This document shows, piece by piece, positions 45,156 to 55,217 of a stretch of 64,000 bases of DNA. This stretch comes from a virus, in IMG/VR virus record IMGVR_UViG_3300045988_126932, positions 23,140 to 87,139 of that record. One strand, given 5' to 3'. The translations under genes and the position numbers were made by a program. Under the pieces are notes generated by a model. It was not told where the DNA came from. It was given only the letters and a program-made list of their open reading frames with translations, and did not search any database. The first letter of the stretch is position 1. Each line of letters begins with the position of its first letter.

Positions 45156-46102
45156 ACAATGACTCCTTCCAATAACTCTTCTAATGCCTGCATATTATCT
45201 TCATGTACTCTATCATCTTGATCTGCATCATCTTTGCCAGTCTTATAAGCAAACTTGATAATCTCCATAACTCTATCATAACTCACATTAACAACATTTT
45301 CCTTCAATCCGTTAAAAGCCCCACTGATAATTTCCTTGTATGTCTGCGCAATATCATCAAACAATACATGAGTTTCTTCCTCTGTGATTGTTGCATACAG
45401 AAATGTCATTGCAGGGCTACTATGATTCAATAATCTCATAAGTGTATACAATACGTTCTGATCATCTTTATGATCGACAAGTGTCCAATACACAAAGTTC
45501 TTTCGTAATGTATGCGTACCAATATTGTCCTCAATTCCAACTGCTTTAGCACCTTTTTTAACAAAATCCAAAGCATTTGCTTCAGTCATGTGTCCTGATC
45601 CAGACTTACATGTTCCAAAAACATAATCATCCATTGGCACTTCGCCATCAATCTTGACATCATATTTAGTTCCTGCAACAGCTTCAAAGAAAATATCCAC
45701 TGCTTCAGTTACCAAATCGTTAAAGTATACAGTTCTGAATTTCTTTGTTTTCTTTTCCTGCTTACGAGTCTTATCGTCTAATAAATCGCCCCATTTGAGT
45801 CTGACGATATCAGAGATACGATATGCTGTATTGTTTCCAACTGCAACCAAAAGATTGTTTCTGGCAGCTACATATCGTTTGTACTCTGTGTACGATTTAT
45901 CAATCTGGTCTCTAAAATATGCATTAAAGGCTGCAAATTTTTCTTTGTTCTTAATTGGATACACTAAAGATGATACGCCTTTTTGTTTATTAGATCGAGT
46001 CCATTTAGGATTTCCGTCCTTACGTCTTTTGATCTTTGCTTCAGGTTCTTCTGCGTTATTATTGTTTGCTGTTTTAATAACTTCAAACTGTGTTGCTGCC
46101 AT
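45152..46102 (-). CDS. tyrosine site-specific recombinase / phage integrase
   Basis: Box I (YRISDIVRLKWGDL), box II (HTLRKNF) and LNHSSPAMTFLYA, which carries the catalytic Tyr, are all present. Confidence 0.75.
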   Translation of the reverse strand: MAATQFEVIKTANNNNAEEPEAKIKRRKDGNPKWTRSNKQKGVSSLVYPIKNKEKFAAFNAYFRDQIDKSYTEYKRYVAARNNLLVAVGNNTAYRISDIVRLKWGDLLDDKTRKQEKKTKKFRTVYFNDLVTEAVDIFFEAVAGTKYDVKIDGEVPMDDYVFGTCKSGSGHMTEANALDFVKKGAKAVGIEDNIGTHTLRKNFVYWTLVDHKDDQNVLYTLMRLLNHSSPAMTFLYATITEEETHVLFDDIAQTYKEIISGAFNGLKENVVNVSYDRVMEIIKFAYKTGKDDADQDDRVHEDNMQALEELLEGVIV

Positions 46103-46128
46103 GATAATCTCTCCTCTCTTAATTATTC

Positions 46129-46461
46129 TTACACTCTCTTAATTACTTTTTCTATTTCCTGTGCCAACAGAAAATCATTTATTGCATTTTCATCGTCAGT
46201 AATCAATGTATATTTCCATACTGGGGAACCATGATATGATATATCTTCAACCTTAAATAATGCTCTTTTACCAGTGTTATTTTCTCTATGATCTGACTCC
46301 AATAACTCTGTATGAATTCCCCAACTATCATATAGATGTCCATCGTATAGTATTTGAGCCGCAGCTATTAATATATTATATTTACTCACATCAACCTCTG
46401 TATTCACTGTTCCGTATAATTTCATTGTTCCAATCTCCTCTCTAATTATTGCACTGTTCAC
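46129..46461 (-). CDS. hypothetical protein
   Basis: 110-aa ORF. Confidence 0.4.
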   Translation of the reverse strand: MNSAIIREEIGTMKLYGTVNTEVDVSKYNILIAAAQILYDGHLYDSWGIHTELLESDHRENNTGKRALFKVEDISYHGSPVWKYTLITDDENAINDFLLAQEIEKVIKRV

Positions 46462-46526
46462 GTACTTCTGGTCTAATTTCTACTTCGATTAATTCCATAA
46501 TTCTTACTCCTATTCTCTAAATTTAG

Positions 46527-46554
46527 GCAAAATAAAAAGAAGCCATAAGCTTCT
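46527..46554 (-). terminator. rho-independent terminator
   Basis: The minus-strand hairpin AGAAGC-TTATG-GCTTCT is followed by TTTTTATTTT. It lies downstream of 46579..47043. Confidence 0.5.
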
Positions 46555-46578
46555 CAATCTCATTCTGTTATTCAATTT

Positions 46579-47043
46579 CTACAATGGTCTAATAATATCA
46601 GGATTCATGATCAGAATACTATCACAATCCCAACCGTAAAGCTCATAATATAACTCATAATCACCTTTGGATAAATTAAGCTTAATTGCATCAACTCCAT
46701 CTTCGACCATCTTCTCAAAATCTGGCACAACGCCCATTGTATCAAATAAATATTCTGGGAGATATCCCGATAGATCTTGCGTTGGAACCTGCTTTAAATC
46801 GGCTTTCGCTGTCCATTCAACAATATTTGCCGAATCATCCAATGTAAATTTAAAGTTTTTGTCTAGTTTATCAATTCTAAAATCATTATCAATACACCAT
46901 TTCTCCCACGGCTGATCCGCCTTTATATCCGATACCCATAAACCTCCAAATGGTTTGTTAATCATGTTTCTGTTCACAATTGACATAAACAACTCTTTCT
47001 CAAACTTATCACTTCCGTAGTGAATATAAATATTTTCTGACAT
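46579..47043 (-). CDS. hypothetical protein
   Basis: 154-aa ORF. Confidence 0.4.
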   Translation of the reverse strand: MSENIYIHYGSDKFEKELFMSIVNRNMINKPFGGLWVSDIKADQPWEKWCIDNDFRIDKLDKNFKFTLDDSANIVEWTAKADLKQVPTQDLSGYLPEYLFDTMGVVPDFEKMVEDGVDAIKLNLSKGDYELYYELYGWDCDSILIMNPDIIRPL

Positions 47044-47064
47044 TTTTCCATCCTTTCGTCAAAC

Positions 47065-47787
47065 TTATCCTGTCATCTGCTTCTCAAAAAGCTGTCTTTC
47101 TAACGCATCGAAATCATAGTTACGATCACACTCTAAGTGTGGAAGGTTTGTTACCTTGGACTTTTGTTTAGCGTTCTTCTTAGCCTGATTACGTTCCCAG
47201 TTTCGTACTGCTGCCTTCCAGTCTTGCATTTTGCTATTGCCCATCATCCAGTCTTTGGCTGTGTAATAATCCACAAACTCTTCTGGATCAATTCCATTGT
47301 GTCTCTGCTGGCAATATCTGGAGACTTGCTCGCAATCAGGCGGTGTGAATCGCTTTATATTATTATTATTATATTTATTATTATTCTTTACTTTCTTTTT
47401 ATGTGTCGCTTCTGCGTCGTTTTGGTGTCGTTTCTGTGTAGCTTGTTCGTCTACAAAACCTTGATAAACACTGTAATTTACTATAGTTATGACCGTCTTT
47501 TTAGTGTCGCTTTTTACATGTATGATACTGTCGTTTTCCAGTGTCTTTAAAAATTTGATAACCTTTGAATTACTCCACCCCCATCGATCACACAATCTTC
47601 TGATTGAAGTAACCATCGATCCTCGCTCGACTGTTTCTAAGTTTCCATCAACATACTTAGGTTGATCATTATAACCTGCGAGAATAAGTAAGTCAATCAT
47701 TGCTTGTCCTCTGGCAAATGGTTTGTCTTCCCATAGCCAATGATCTGTAATTTTCCGATGGAGTTTAATCCATCCTGTGTTACTCAT
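47065..47787 (-). CDS. DnaD-like / phage replisome organizer protein
   Basis: The N-terminus WIKLHRKITDHWLWEDKPF...AMIDLLILA resembles a replisome-organizer N-terminal domain. The C-terminal FVDYYTAKDWMMG...DWKAAVRNWERN resembles the DnaD C-terminal motif. Confidence 0.55.
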   Translation of the reverse strand: MSNTGWIKLHRKITDHWLWEDKPFARGQAMIDLLILAGYNDQPKYVDGNLETVERGSMVTSIRRLCDRWGWSNSKVIKFLKTLENDSIIHVKSDTKKTVITIVNYSVYQGFVDEQATQKRHQNDAEATHKKKVKNNNKYNNNNIKRFTPPDCEQVSRYCQQRHNGIDPEEFVDYYTAKDWMMGNSKMQDWKAAVRNWERNQAKKNAKQKSKVTNLPHLECDRNYDFDALERQLFEKQMTG

Positions 47788-47827
47788 GGCATCACTCCCC
47801 TCTATATATGGAGATAAAATTCTCCTT

Positions 47828-48073
47828 TCACTGTTTTAAATGCTTACCTGTTAATTCATCAATTGCATAATGTGTCATAAATTCATCATAACTCATTATA
47901 CGTTTACCACAGTCACAGCATGTCATACATTTATTATATGTACAGTATTCAATAATTTCTTCATCTTGAAAATGTCCATCAAAACTATATATATCGGTTC
48001 CAGTAGCTTTAAACCTAACAGCCATTCCACGATCACTTCCGCAGTGCGGACATTTTGTTATTGGTTTTCTCAT
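47828..48073 (-). CDS. zinc-ribbon protein
   Basis: Two Cys clusters are present: CPHCGS...C and CMTCCDCGK. Confidence 0.4.
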   Translation of the reverse strand: MRKPITKCPHCGSDRGMAVRFKATGTDIYSFDGHFQDEEIIEYCTYNKCMTCCDCGKRIMSYDEFMTHYAIDELTGKHLKQ

Positions 48074-48456
48074 TTAGCACCTTCTTCTAATTCTATCTCT
48101 TTAATTTCATTCTGTTTAATCCAACGATCAGAAATTTCCGCTAACATATTAATATACGAGATAGGGAAATTTCCATTATAAATTTCTTTTCGTTCCTTAT
48201 AAAATTTCAACAACTTATCATCGCTCCAGCTTTTGAACTGATTACTCACGATATTTTCTTTCTTCATATTTTCATGTTCTCGAATCCATCGCTTGCCGAT
48301 TTCTTCCAAGACTATATATTGTTCTAAAAAAGTTCTATCGTCTCTTATTCCATGTGATCTTACCTGAATGTCTAACTTTCCCTGCTCCAACAGTTCATCA
48401 TCTGTATATTCAAACGTACATTTGTGATCATTCAAATCCACCATTCGTACCACCAC
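48070..48456 (-). CDS. hypothetical protein
   Basis: 128-aa ORF. Confidence 0.4.
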   Translation of the reverse strand: MVVRMVDLNDHKCTFEYTDDELLEQGKLDIQVRSHGIRDDRTFLEQYIVLEEIGKRWIREHENMKKENIVSNQFKSWSDDKLLKFYKERKEIYNGNFPISYINMLAEISDRWIKQNEIKEIELEEGAK

Positions 48457-48472
48457 CTATCAAATTTTCGTT

Positions 48473-49201
48473 TTATTCTTCATCAAGTTCCATATGATTT
48501 ACATCAACAGGATTCTCTAATTTTAAAATATCTTCTTTCTGTTCTACAAGAGCCTGTTGAGCTATTGCATTAATTTTATTCTGTGCAAAAGCCTCGATTT
48601 CTCCTTTAGCTTCTGTAATTGTTTTGTCTATCTGATTTTGGAATTGATCAAAGATAAATTTTGAACTAGATTCCATACCTTGAGTCACGTTGGCAAGTCT
48701 TCTTAGAATCATTTCTCGATCACCTTTTCCAATAGATTTCTTCGTAGTAAAAAGCTCCTTGACTTCATCATAAAATTCTTTTGCATTGCTCATACGCTCG
48801 TTCATAGACTCTTTAAATTCATTTGTTATCTGCTGTCTTTTATTGATAAAATCCGCTTCGTTAATACGTCCTTTACCACGTAAATATTTAATAGTACATG
48901 GAGTACCTGTTCCAACGTTCATAGAAGTAATTAATTCCGCAAATTGTGATTGCGACATTTCTACTTCCAGAATCTCATCTTCTCCAACATACCAATCATC
49001 ATTGAGCCCCCTTGTAACCACACCTTCCCTTAATACCATATGGATTGTATCGTTATGCTGAATGCTACTGCCAAATAAATTGCTATGCCCGCCATGAGTA
49101 CGATTGAATGATAACATTCCAAATGATGGGTGTTTATATGATGTCCCAAGAGCATCTTCTGATATTATATAATCTCCTTCTTTCCTAGCATTTTCTCTCA
49201 T
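48473..49201 (-). CDS. hypothetical protein
   Basis: 242-aa ORF. Confidence 0.4.
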   Translation of the reverse strand: MRENARKEGDYIISEDALGTSYKHPSFGMLSFNRTHGGHSNLFGSSIQHNDTIHMVLREGVVTRGLNDDWYVGEDEILEVEMSQSQFAELITSMNVGTGTPCTIKYLRGKGRINEADFINKRQQITNEFKESMNERMSNAKEFYDEVKELFTTKKSIGKGDREMILRRLANVTQGMESSSKFIFDQFQNQIDKTITEAKGEIEAFAQNKINAIAQQALVEQKEDILKLENPVDVNHMELDEE

Positions 49202-49225
49202 TTATCCAACTTCCTTTCCATTTGC

Positions 49226-49609
49226 TTATTTATTTGCCCAGTTAACTTGAATATCATATTCATCACATAATTCTCTGAATATTTCCGTTGTTACTAAGAA
49301 TTTTCCTTGACAAAAATTGTTAGCTACAAGTCCTAAGTTACTTTTGTATCCATCGACGAAAATATCCGATAGAGAACCATCATAATCTATAATACAATCT
49401 TCTTCAACCATTTGTAGAAACTCTTTTCCACTGAATAGATCATAAATATTATAGGTACAATGCATATCTTTTATCATATCATCTGTTAAAACACCATGAT
49501 ATAACCTTCTTAAATCTTCAAGCTGCCATACCCTATGCATCATTCCATCTTTACCATAAGCAAAATCTATATCTCCTTTTGATATAAATTTCTTTTCTTT
49601 ATCTTTCAC
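49226..49609 (-). CDS. hypothetical protein
   Basis: 127-aa ORF. Confidence 0.4.
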   Translation of the reverse strand: MKDKEKKFISKGDIDFAYGKDGMMHRVWQLEDLRRLYHGVLTDDMIKDMHCTYNIYDLFSGKEFLQMVEEDCIIDYDGSLSDIFVDGYKSNLGLVANNFCQGKFLVTTEIFRELCDEYDIQVNWANK

Positions 49610-49693
49610 CTACTCTCATTCCTTTCTATATTTTTAAAGCATACCATTACAAAAAATGATATGCTTTAACTTGTTCTATCTTATTAAGTTGCT

Positions 49694-50479
49694 CTAAAAT
49701 TCATCCCATTCTTCGTCAATTACTAACCCAAATGCAGGATGATATTCTGCGTCACAAACTACATGATCTTTATACATTCTATATCCTTTTTCAAGAACAT
49801 ATTTTACAGGGAACGGACATTCAAACATATCCAAATCTCCATCTTTAATTGCTTCGTCTAACTTACATTCTGGAATTGCAAGGATAGAATGTCCACAATC
49901 AGCAAAATAATAATTGAATTCTTTTAATTCCTCTGGAAGTCCTTTATAATTATCTTTCTTTACTCCGTGAAGATCTTCTACACTTCTACGAATTGTATTT
50001 GTTTCTACTTTTTCTTCTGTCGGCTGATCATCTTTGTCATCAAAAACTGACCATGCCAATGTTCTGCAAAAATCCCCTGACCAGTTTGAGATTATGGTAC
50101 AAAATGGCGTTGGAATATCTACAATGAATGGCAGTTCTGGGTGATATTCACCCAAGGATTTTCCAAACAAATCTTTGTACGCACACTCTATTGATCTCAT
50201 TGCAAGGGATAATCCGCTTCTATCTTTGCATCCTACTGTTGTCAGCAATACAATATTTTCGCCTTCAGCTTCTAATATAACTTCTGCACAATAGAAAGCT
50301 CCATCCGCAGTAATGTGCAATTTAGTTCCATCCATAAACGGTACTGTGTAATTAGATGATACATTCCTATCAAATTCAATAAGCTCTCTCATTCTAGTTC
50401 TTATTTCACTACTGATTTCCTCTGAATAAGATTTTCTCATATGCCCTGTCAACAGAGTATAATGATTAATATATTCCAT
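49694..50479 (-). CDS. hypothetical protein
   Basis: 261-aa ORF. Confidence 0.4.
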   Translation of the reverse strand: MEYINHYTLLTGHMRKSYSEEISSEIRTRMRELIEFDRNVSSNYTVPFMDGTKLHITADGAFYCAEVILEAEGENIVLLTTVGCKDRSGLSLAMRSIECAYKDLFGKSLGEYHPELPFIVDIPTPFCTIISNWSGDFCRTLAWSVFDDKDDQPTEEKVETNTIRRSVEDLHGVKKDNYKGLPEELKEFNYYFADCGHSILAIPECKLDEAIKDGDLDMFECPFPVKYVLEKGYRMYKDHVVCDAEYHPAFGLVIDEEWDEF

Positions 50480-51492
50480 TACTTGTCCACCTTAACCCTT
50501 CTCATTTCTCTGACTTCTTTTTTATACTGTTCGATAGCATCAAGTGCATTTTCAGTATAACAAAAATCATACTTTTTCGCAAAGTTATTTACAGACCTGT
50601 AATTGGCTATAGGTACTTCCACACACCCTTTATCCCGACTATACCGATTATTCATAATTTTCCTTGCAGCATTGTAAATTTCATTACTCCTTGCGCTCCA
50701 ACGCAATGTTAGAACTTTATCTTCTGAATCGTAATTAATCCAACGAGTGTTTTCTTTTTTATAATTTCCACTGATTGCCATTTCTGTAATTTCACTATCA
50801 TGAATACAAATTGCAAACCCATTCTGCAATAAGCCATGTCCAATTTCTGCTACTCTATCAGCATAATTTCCGCTTTTCTCGGTCAGACAACGACACCAAC
50901 AACAATCATCTTCATTCCATCTATAATCTTTTGATTTAACCAAATTGATGAAGTCCTGATCTTTCAGATAAAACAGGCATATTTTATCAAGTTTTTTAAC
51001 AATTTCCACAACACCTTCATGTTCTAATCTTTCTGGTGCCACAGCATCAATACTAATGATTCTTTCTCGACGTTCTTTCTCCCTCTTAGTTCGTTTATAT
51101 TTTCGCAGAAAATCTTGTTTACTAATAAATCGGTCTAAGTCTAACCAAAAAGAAGCTGTCGTTTCATTCTCAATAATAGATTGTGCCGTTCTGTCGTTTT
51201 CAAACTCATTGTAAAAACCCAATCGAATGGTATTACCCCATGCTACTTGTTTTTCCGTTCCTGTTAGGTTTGGGAATCCGTATTCTTCTGATAGTTCTTT
51301 AGACTTTTTGTTTTCTTCTGCAATTTTTCTTTCTTTTTCTTCTTTTGCACATTTCGGACATAAATGAGAAAAAGCATAGTCAGCTTTTCTCTGTCTTTCA
51401 CTCATTTTTCCAATCACATTTACTACGCCATCATGCCCACAAGCGTAAGTACCTTCATATTTAGCCATACTTACCACTTTCCTTTCTATCAA
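50479..51492 (-). CDS. hypothetical protein
   Basis: 337-aa ORF with a CPKC motif. Confidence 0.4.
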   Translation of the reverse strand: MIERKVVSMAKYEGTYACGHDGVVNVIGKMSERQRKADYAFSHLCPKCAKEEKERKIAEENKKSKELSEEYGFPNLTGTEKQVAWGNTIRLGFYNEFENDRTAQSIIENETTASFWLDLDRFISKQDFLRKYKRTKREKERRERIISIDAVAPERLEHEGVVEIVKKLDKICLFYLKDQDFINLVKSKDYRWNEDDCCWCRCLTEKSGNYADRVAEIGHGLLQNGFAICIHDSEITEMAISGNYKKENTRWINYDSEDKVLTLRWSARSNEIYNAARKIMNNRYSRDKGCVEVPIANYRSVNNFAKKYDFCYTENALDAIEQYKKEVREMRRVKVDK

Positions 51493-51992
51493 AGTTTCAT
51501 TTTATCTATATGATCATCACATTCCCATACCGCTTCATAGCAGACATCTAACATATCTCTTACGATTTGTTTCCTCTGACTTAACTTTTCTTCTTTTTTT
51601 TCAATATCCTCTTTCTCACGCAATAAATGCATATATTTTTGATACGGCATGTTTGTATCTGCTAGTTTTTCTTCTATAGCGATCCTTTCATTAATTACTT
51701 TTCTTAATTTATTACATAATTCCTTATGCTTATCTTTGATCGCTTTAATGACTGCATATTCATACATTCTTTGATATTTAGACTCAAATTTTCCATCTTT
51801 GAATTCATAACGATCCTCAACCTTGCAGGCATCTAAAATCTTATCTCCGTTTTCTCTGCACTCATTTAACAATTCCATTAAAGCCTCTTCGTTGTCAAAT
51901 GTCGCATAACCAATTCCATCTTCTTTTGTTTCGTAAACACACATATATGGTTTTTCTGGTGTATATGCCTTAGATTTTTCCATTTTAATCAC
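51489..51992 (-). CDS. hypothetical protein
   Basis: 167-aa ORF. Confidence 0.4.
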   Translation of the reverse strand: MIKMEKSKAYTPEKPYMCVYETKEDGIGYATFDNEEALMELLNECRENGDKILDACKVEDRYEFKDGKFESKYQRMYEYAVIKAIKDKHKELCNKLRKVINERIAIEEKLADTNMPYQKYMHLLREKEDIEKKEEKLSQRKQIVRDMLDVCYEAVWECDDHIDKMKL

Positions 51993-52007
51993 TCCTTTTT
52001 AATTACT

Positions 52008-52364
52008 TTATTCTTTACAAGCTACAATGCAAGTTAGCTCTTTAAAGAACGGTTGATCTTTAATCTGATTTAATAAATAATATACATCACAATTGATCAT
52101 ATCTTTTTCGGATTTATCTATACTATATATTATTAAATATTCCAGTTTGTCACTCCAATTTTCAACAATTCCTAAATATTTTTCCATTTCCTCTTTAATA
52201 CTCTGCGAATCATCTAAAATAAAATTATCACATCTTGAAAACAGACTGCGAGAAATGTTTTCATCTTCAAATATGATTACAAAGCATTTTTCTGATCGAG
52301 AACTATCAATAAAATCACTGAGAAATTTAGATTTTCCATTGCCCTTCAATGTTAATATTTCCAT
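52008..52364 (-). CDS. hypothetical protein
   Basis: 118-aa ORF. Confidence 0.4.
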   Translation of the reverse strand: MEILTLKGNGKSKFLSDFIDSSRSEKCFVIIFEDENISRSLFSRCDNFILDDSQSIKEEMEKYLGIVENWSDKLEYLIIYSIDKSEKDMINCDVYYLLNQIKDQPFFKELTCIVACKE

Positions 52365-52370
52365 TTTACA

Positions 52371-52607
52371 TCATTCCTTTTCAAAATATCTTTTCGCTAT
52401 TTCTTCAAAAAATTGTTGTTCCACTGCGATTACAAGCCCTGAGAATTGCAAAGTGTCTTCTGAATAAAGTTCATTTTTCCACTTTCTCGCATATTCTCTA
52501 AAGCTTTCACAGGTTTTTCCAACTTCTTTAGCCCTAACATATTTTTCCCAAATAGATTTTAAGTCGCTATCACTCATATCTTTAAAAATCTTAATCATTT
52601 CCATCAC
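52371..52607 (-). CDS. hypothetical protein
   Basis: 78-aa ORF. Confidence 0.35.
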   Translation of the reverse strand: MMEMIKIFKDMSDSDLKSIWEKYVRAKEVGKTCESFREYARKWKNELYSEDTLQFSGLVIAVEQQFFEEIAKRYFEKE

Positions 52608-52615
52608 CTCAATTT

Positions 52616-53200
52616 CTAAATTCTAATACCATGCTCTGCCTCATATCTACACCAGCAATCAATATATCTATCTTCATCATTAACATCTAAATACTGTTCG
52701 TATTTATCCATGAGTGGATACATTTCATCGTAACAAACACCTTCGTTAATAAAGCTCCAAATATCCATATAAATCGTATTATATAATTCTTCTGGAATAT
52801 AATCATACACATCTGCACAGATGATTTCCACCTTATCACTCAATGGCAACTGACTTGCTACCAAATCAATAACTTCCTGATTCTTTTCCACTACAATGAT
52901 TTTATCTACCATTGGATCATCTTGAATCGCAAGTAGAATCAAACCAATTCCAAGTCCACCAATAAAAACTTTCCCGTGAGCGTTTGTTACAAAATCTTCA
53001 TTAGTTCTTTTTTCCATTGGTGTATTAGACATTAAGACACTTCCTCTATGTTCTAATCTCACATAATCTCCTGGTGCAATTCCATGACACATGGCGTATC
53101 CATCCTGGTTGCTTATTGTAAAATGAGACAATTTAAAATCTCCAATCTGTCTATCTTTTAAAATTTTGCTCATATCTTCATACATATATCTATCTTCCAT
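52616..53200 (-). CDS. putative class-I SAM-dependent methyltransferase-like protein
   Basis: A Rossmann-like motif KVFIGGLGIGL is followed by VVEKN and ICADV. Identity is not secure. Confidence 0.35.
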   Translation of the reverse strand: MEDRYMYEDMSKILKDRQIGDFKLSHFTISNQDGYAMCHGIAPGDYVRLEHRGSVLMSNTPMEKRTNEDFVTNAHGKVFIGGLGIGLILLAIQDDPMVDKIIVVEKNQEVIDLVASQLPLSDKVEIICADVYDYIPEELYNTIYMDIWSFINEGVCYDEMYPLMDKYEQYLDVNDEDRYIDCWCRYEAEHGIRI

Positions 53201-53237
53201 TTACTCTCACTCCTTCTGATCAAATATTTGTTTCATT

Positions 53238-53507
53238 TCAATATCCCATATTGGTTTCTTTTGTAATCTTTGCTGCTACAGAATCTAATATCTCATATTT
53301 TTCAATAATATTAGATACTTCTTCTTTTGTTAGGAGTCTCCATTCATCAGTTCCATTCTTTTTAAATTCTAGTGTATGAGAGCCACGATCTACCCATACA
53401 GGAATTCCAAATGTTACTCCAACATATTTATCCATTAAAGCTAAACATTTATCAACTAATTTCCTATATTCTTTAGCTTCTTCTTTTCTCTTTTCTAATT
53501 TATCCAT
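53238..53507 (-). CDS. hypothetical protein
   Basis: 89-aa ORF. Confidence 0.4.
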   Translation of the reverse strand: MDKLEKRKEEAKEYRKLVDKCLALMDKYVGVTFGIPVWVDRGSHTLEFKKNGTDEWRLLTKEEVSNIIEKYEILDSVAAKITKETNMGY

Positions 53508-53554
53508 CCGAGACAGCTCCTTTTCTGTTTTGTTTCATAATTATATCACACTCC

Positions 53555-54649
53555 TTATTCTTCTGAAATAATTTCCACCGCAGCTTCGTAAAATCTGTTG
53601 TATAAAGTTGCATTTGTTTTAATAAGCTGAGATTTAGACAGTCCATGAGCATATTCATCCCAGTTAACGCCATTCTCTGTCATCTTATTATAGATTTTCC
53701 GATAAACAGAAGTTCCACCTTTAGATTTATTTCCAATGTGATTAGCATAATTGGTAATCTTAATCTTCATTTCATCCCAATCAGGCTGTGCGTTCTCTTT
53801 TCGGAACTGTCGCAGAAGTTTTTCCAATGAATTAACCAATAGGTCAGGATATTTGTCATAGCAAAGATCAATCGTTGGTACATTACCTCTTTCCCCGATA
53901 TTATACTTCTCTTTGTATTCTTTTCGATCCTGCTCCCACACAATTCCATATGTGTTGGTAAGATACCTATATGTCTCTTTAAGAATATCTCTTGTAGTAG
54001 TTCCTAACTCATCAGATTCTTTCAAAATATCATTGATGATTGAATACACGTTGGATTTCCATTCATTAAGTTTGTATTCTGCAATAGCATTTTCCGTATC
54101 CACAACTGGAATATCTTTCGTAGGCTTGCCAATCTGCTTATACAGTTCTTTCCGCTCCGCTTTCATTTCTTTAACAATGTCTGCTAACTGATTGAAACCT
54201 TTAATAGTGATGTTATACAGACGTTCATTGTTTCTTTCCATCTGCTTCATAAGTTCTGTCTGCTCTGTAAGAAACCGTTCTACTGTTGTCACAGGAGTTC
54301 CTGTTCTTAAATTTCCATGACGATACACTCCAATCACGTCCCAAACCCAATCCATGAAGGCGTTTGCCTTTGGCTGTCTGCTCCATCTACAAATTTCCAT
54401 CACGCCACGTTCATTATAGAGTGTAGTGTCATACTTCTTGTTATCAGTAGCCCCCAGTTTGAGGGTAACTGAATATTTATCCAGTCTATCTCTATATCTA
54501 TTGTGCAAATTATCAATTGCTTTCTGTGGATCTCCATATTCCAGTGCCTCTCCGATCTGCTTTCTTGTCATCCAAATATCGTCCTCAGCACTATAAAAAT
54601 CACACGCTATATCATTAAAATTTTCCGTTTTTACTAACTGTAGGTTCAT
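53555..54649 (-). CDS. Bro-N domain antirepressor-like protein
   Basis: The N-terminal domain has a Bro-N pattern (FNDIACDFYSAEDDIWMTRKQIGEALEY...RGVMEICRWSRQPKANAFMDWVWDVI). Confidence 0.5.
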   Translation of the reverse strand: MNLQLVKTENFNDIACDFYSAEDDIWMTRKQIGEALEYGDPQKAIDNLHNRYRDRLDKYSVTLKLGATDNKKYDTTLYNERGVMEICRWSRQPKANAFMDWVWDVIGVYRHGNLRTGTPVTTVERFLTEQTELMKQMERNNERLYNITIKGFNQLADIVKEMKAERKELYKQIGKPTKDIPVVDTENAIAEYKLNEWKSNVYSIINDILKESDELGTTTRDILKETYRYLTNTYGIVWEQDRKEYKEKYNIGERGNVPTIDLCYDKYPDLLVNSLEKLLRQFRKENAQPDWDEMKIKITNYANHIGNKSKGGTSVYRKIYNKMTENGVNWDEYAHGLSKSQLIKTNATLYNRFYEAAVEIISEE

Positions 54650-54882
54650 TCTTCATCTTCCTTTCTAAACTGTCTTATTTTTCTCTACACTCATTATTTT
54701 TGTATAACTGTATTCCGTAAACCAATAGGAATAAAATCAACATTTAATTCCAACTATTAGTGTGCCAATCCTAATAGAAACCTATTCTATTCCTATTAGT
54801 TCTCTATGTAATTAACACCTTACCTATTAACAATTCTATGCTTAGTTAATCATTAATTTGTGTATAATAAATTTGACAAAGA

Positions 54883-54960
54883 ACCGACCTGCCAAATCGG
54901 TTCCTGCCAAATATTTCCGTAAAACAAAAAGAACCTTCCACTCGGTTCTTTGCCAAAATT
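54883..54960. repeat. tandem hairpins with a GCCAAA repeat (AGAACCGA..TCGGTTC and AAAGAACC..GGTTCTTT)
   Basis: Two adjacent inverted repeats share a GAACC/GGTTC core. TGCCAAA occurs three times. Confidence 0.5.
54921..54951 (-). terminator. rho-independent terminator
   Basis: The minus-strand hairpin AAAGAACC-GAGTGGAA-GGTTCTTT is followed by TTGTTTT. It lies downstream of 54972..55217. Confidence 0.5.
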
Positions 54961-54971
54961 ATTATATGGAA

Positions 54972-55217
54972 TTAAATCAGCTGATAAATAAGCATTCCGA
55001 AAGCTACGATAACCCATAATGTCGTAATTACTTTCATAGGCTTCATAATAGCTTCTAATATTTCCTCTAATACGTCTATATATTTGCTTAAATATACCTT
55101 ATTATGTTCACGATTAATTTTTCTTAGCGATAACCAAGCTAGGAAAACAATCACATATAACACAAAAGATATTCCGCAGAACTGTTCAAAGAAATGAACA
55201 ACCTGTTCTAATTCCAT
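54972..55217 (-). CDS. small membrane protein (2 TM)
   Basis: Hydrophobic segments ISFVLYVIVFLAWL and ITTLWVIVAFGMLIY are present. Confidence 0.4.
   Translation of the reverse strand: MELEQVVHFFEQFCGISFVLYVIVFLAWLSLRKINREHNKVYLSKYIDVLEEILEAIMKPMKVITTLWVIVAFGMLIYQLI

Noticed and set aside
45654-46142. A 162-aa plus-strand ORF, with similar plus-strand ORFs at 33151..33642, 47137..47550, 10943..11281 and 27510..27839.
   Set aside because: Each lies entirely antisense inside a well-supported minus-strand gene (integrase, NadE, DnaD-like, DnaB-like). The translations are low-complexity and Leu/Ile/Ser/Phe-rich, and there is no RBS. They are shadow ORFs of AT-rich coding DNA.
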